Below are positions 63,052 to 64,000 of a stretch of 64,000 bases of DNA, piece by piece. Positions within the stretch are counted from its first letter, which is position 1, and each line of letters opens with the position of its first letter. Source of the stretch: Octopus bimaculoides. Lineage: Eukaryota. Position numbers and translations under genes: made by a program. Location of the stretch: positions 8,839,298 to 8,903,297 of the forward strand of contig NC_069003.1 in assembly GCF_001194135.2 (NCBI RefSeq), read 5' to 3'. The notes below the pieces were generated by a model. The model saw only the letters and a list, made by a program, of their open reading frames with translations, searched no databases and was not told the origin of the DNA.

Positions 63052-64000
63052 CGAGATTGGAACTCAGACTGCAAGGAGATGGCCAAAATACAGCAATACA
63101 TTTTCTCCAACGCTGTTCCACTATATTTCCAGTACATTCGGTTCATCAGGAGAATCTTTGAGTGAGTGTGTGGGTGTGGGTGTGTGTGTGTGTGGGTGTG
63201 TGGGTGTGTGTGTGTGTGCGTGTGTGTGTGTACGTGCATGCGTGCGTGCGTGTGTGTGAGTGTGTTCTTTTGTTTTCAGTATTCCAAGTCGCAGAGGTTG
63301 AATTCTTCTAATTACTTATAACAACATCTGCAGCAGCAACAACAACAACAACAACGACGACAATAATAAAAGTAATAATAATAATAATAATAATAATAAN
63401 NNNNNNNNNNNNNNNNNNNNNNNNNNNNNNNNNNNNNNNNNNNNNNNNNNNTTTTTTTTTTTTTTTTGTCTTCTTTCAAAACTTCTCTTCTTTATTTATA
63501 TGCCTTCAGTTTGCAGTTTCAGGTCTGCAGTCGTTTATAATACTAATAGACTGTATTCATGGAGAAAAAATCATTGCAATATTTTGAAAGATTCTTAATA
63601 GACCAAACTGTATCCAGCTGTGTCAGCAGCTAACTAACTGACAGTGTTACAAGCGACAACTAACATCGCCCGACATCATCATTTTCTACTCTCTAACTCC
63701 TTCTCTCTACTCTCTAACTCTCCAAGCTCTACCTTTCTACGTTTCTGCGTTCTACTTTACTCTCCACACTACTTACTCGGCCTCATTGTTGCCAATCAGT
63801 ATGTTCTTATTGCGTTCTAATTAAGTTAGTTTCGCTGAATTGACTAATGTACAAGTTTTACCGATTCCAATAGCTATTGTATGGTTGCTGCCTCCACGCT
63901 GTCTCCTACCTCGTTAGAATCGTTACGTTTTGATTCCGGTTAATTTCAACGAGATTATTTACATTTTTTGTGTTATATATATATATATATATATATATAT

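Noticed and set aside
1-64000. Conserved bilaterian miRNAs (miR-10, let-7, miR-124 etc.), rRNA and snRNA
   Set aside because: None of the mature sequences I remember were seen by eye; a formal Rfam/MirGeneDB scan is needed to exclude them

Overview
Eukaryotic, AT-rich, repeat-saturated non-coding DNA from a gapped draft assembly (about 21 N-gaps, roughly 7 kb by hand count, most flanked by microsatellites). From memory, the SINE families look like those of Octopus (cephalopod), but this was not checked by search. I found no intact host protein-coding gene, rRNA, true tRNA or CRISPR array; nearly all ORF-track entries are artefacts of N-runs or di/trinucleotide repeats. The supportable content is: (1) four tRNA-headed SINE families, labelled A, B, D and G here, with dozens of copies, some carrying clear TSDs, nesting and module swapping; (2) decayed autonomous elements: two Tc1/mariner transposase 3' remnants, a CR1/L2-group LINE C-terminus and an L1/Tx1-type endonuclease remnant; (3) several MITEs, notably a 736-bp element with perfect 28-bp GG-starting TIRs, an 8-bp TSD and internal inverted TTAGGG repeats (Merlin-like); (4) at least three unrelated short repeat families, each carrying a minimal type I hammerhead-ribozyme fold with palindromic stem III (Penelope/retrozyme-like). 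One of these has U at core position 6 in all three copies and a compensatory change in stem I. The hammerhead repeats and the telomeric-repeat MITE are the most interesting signals.
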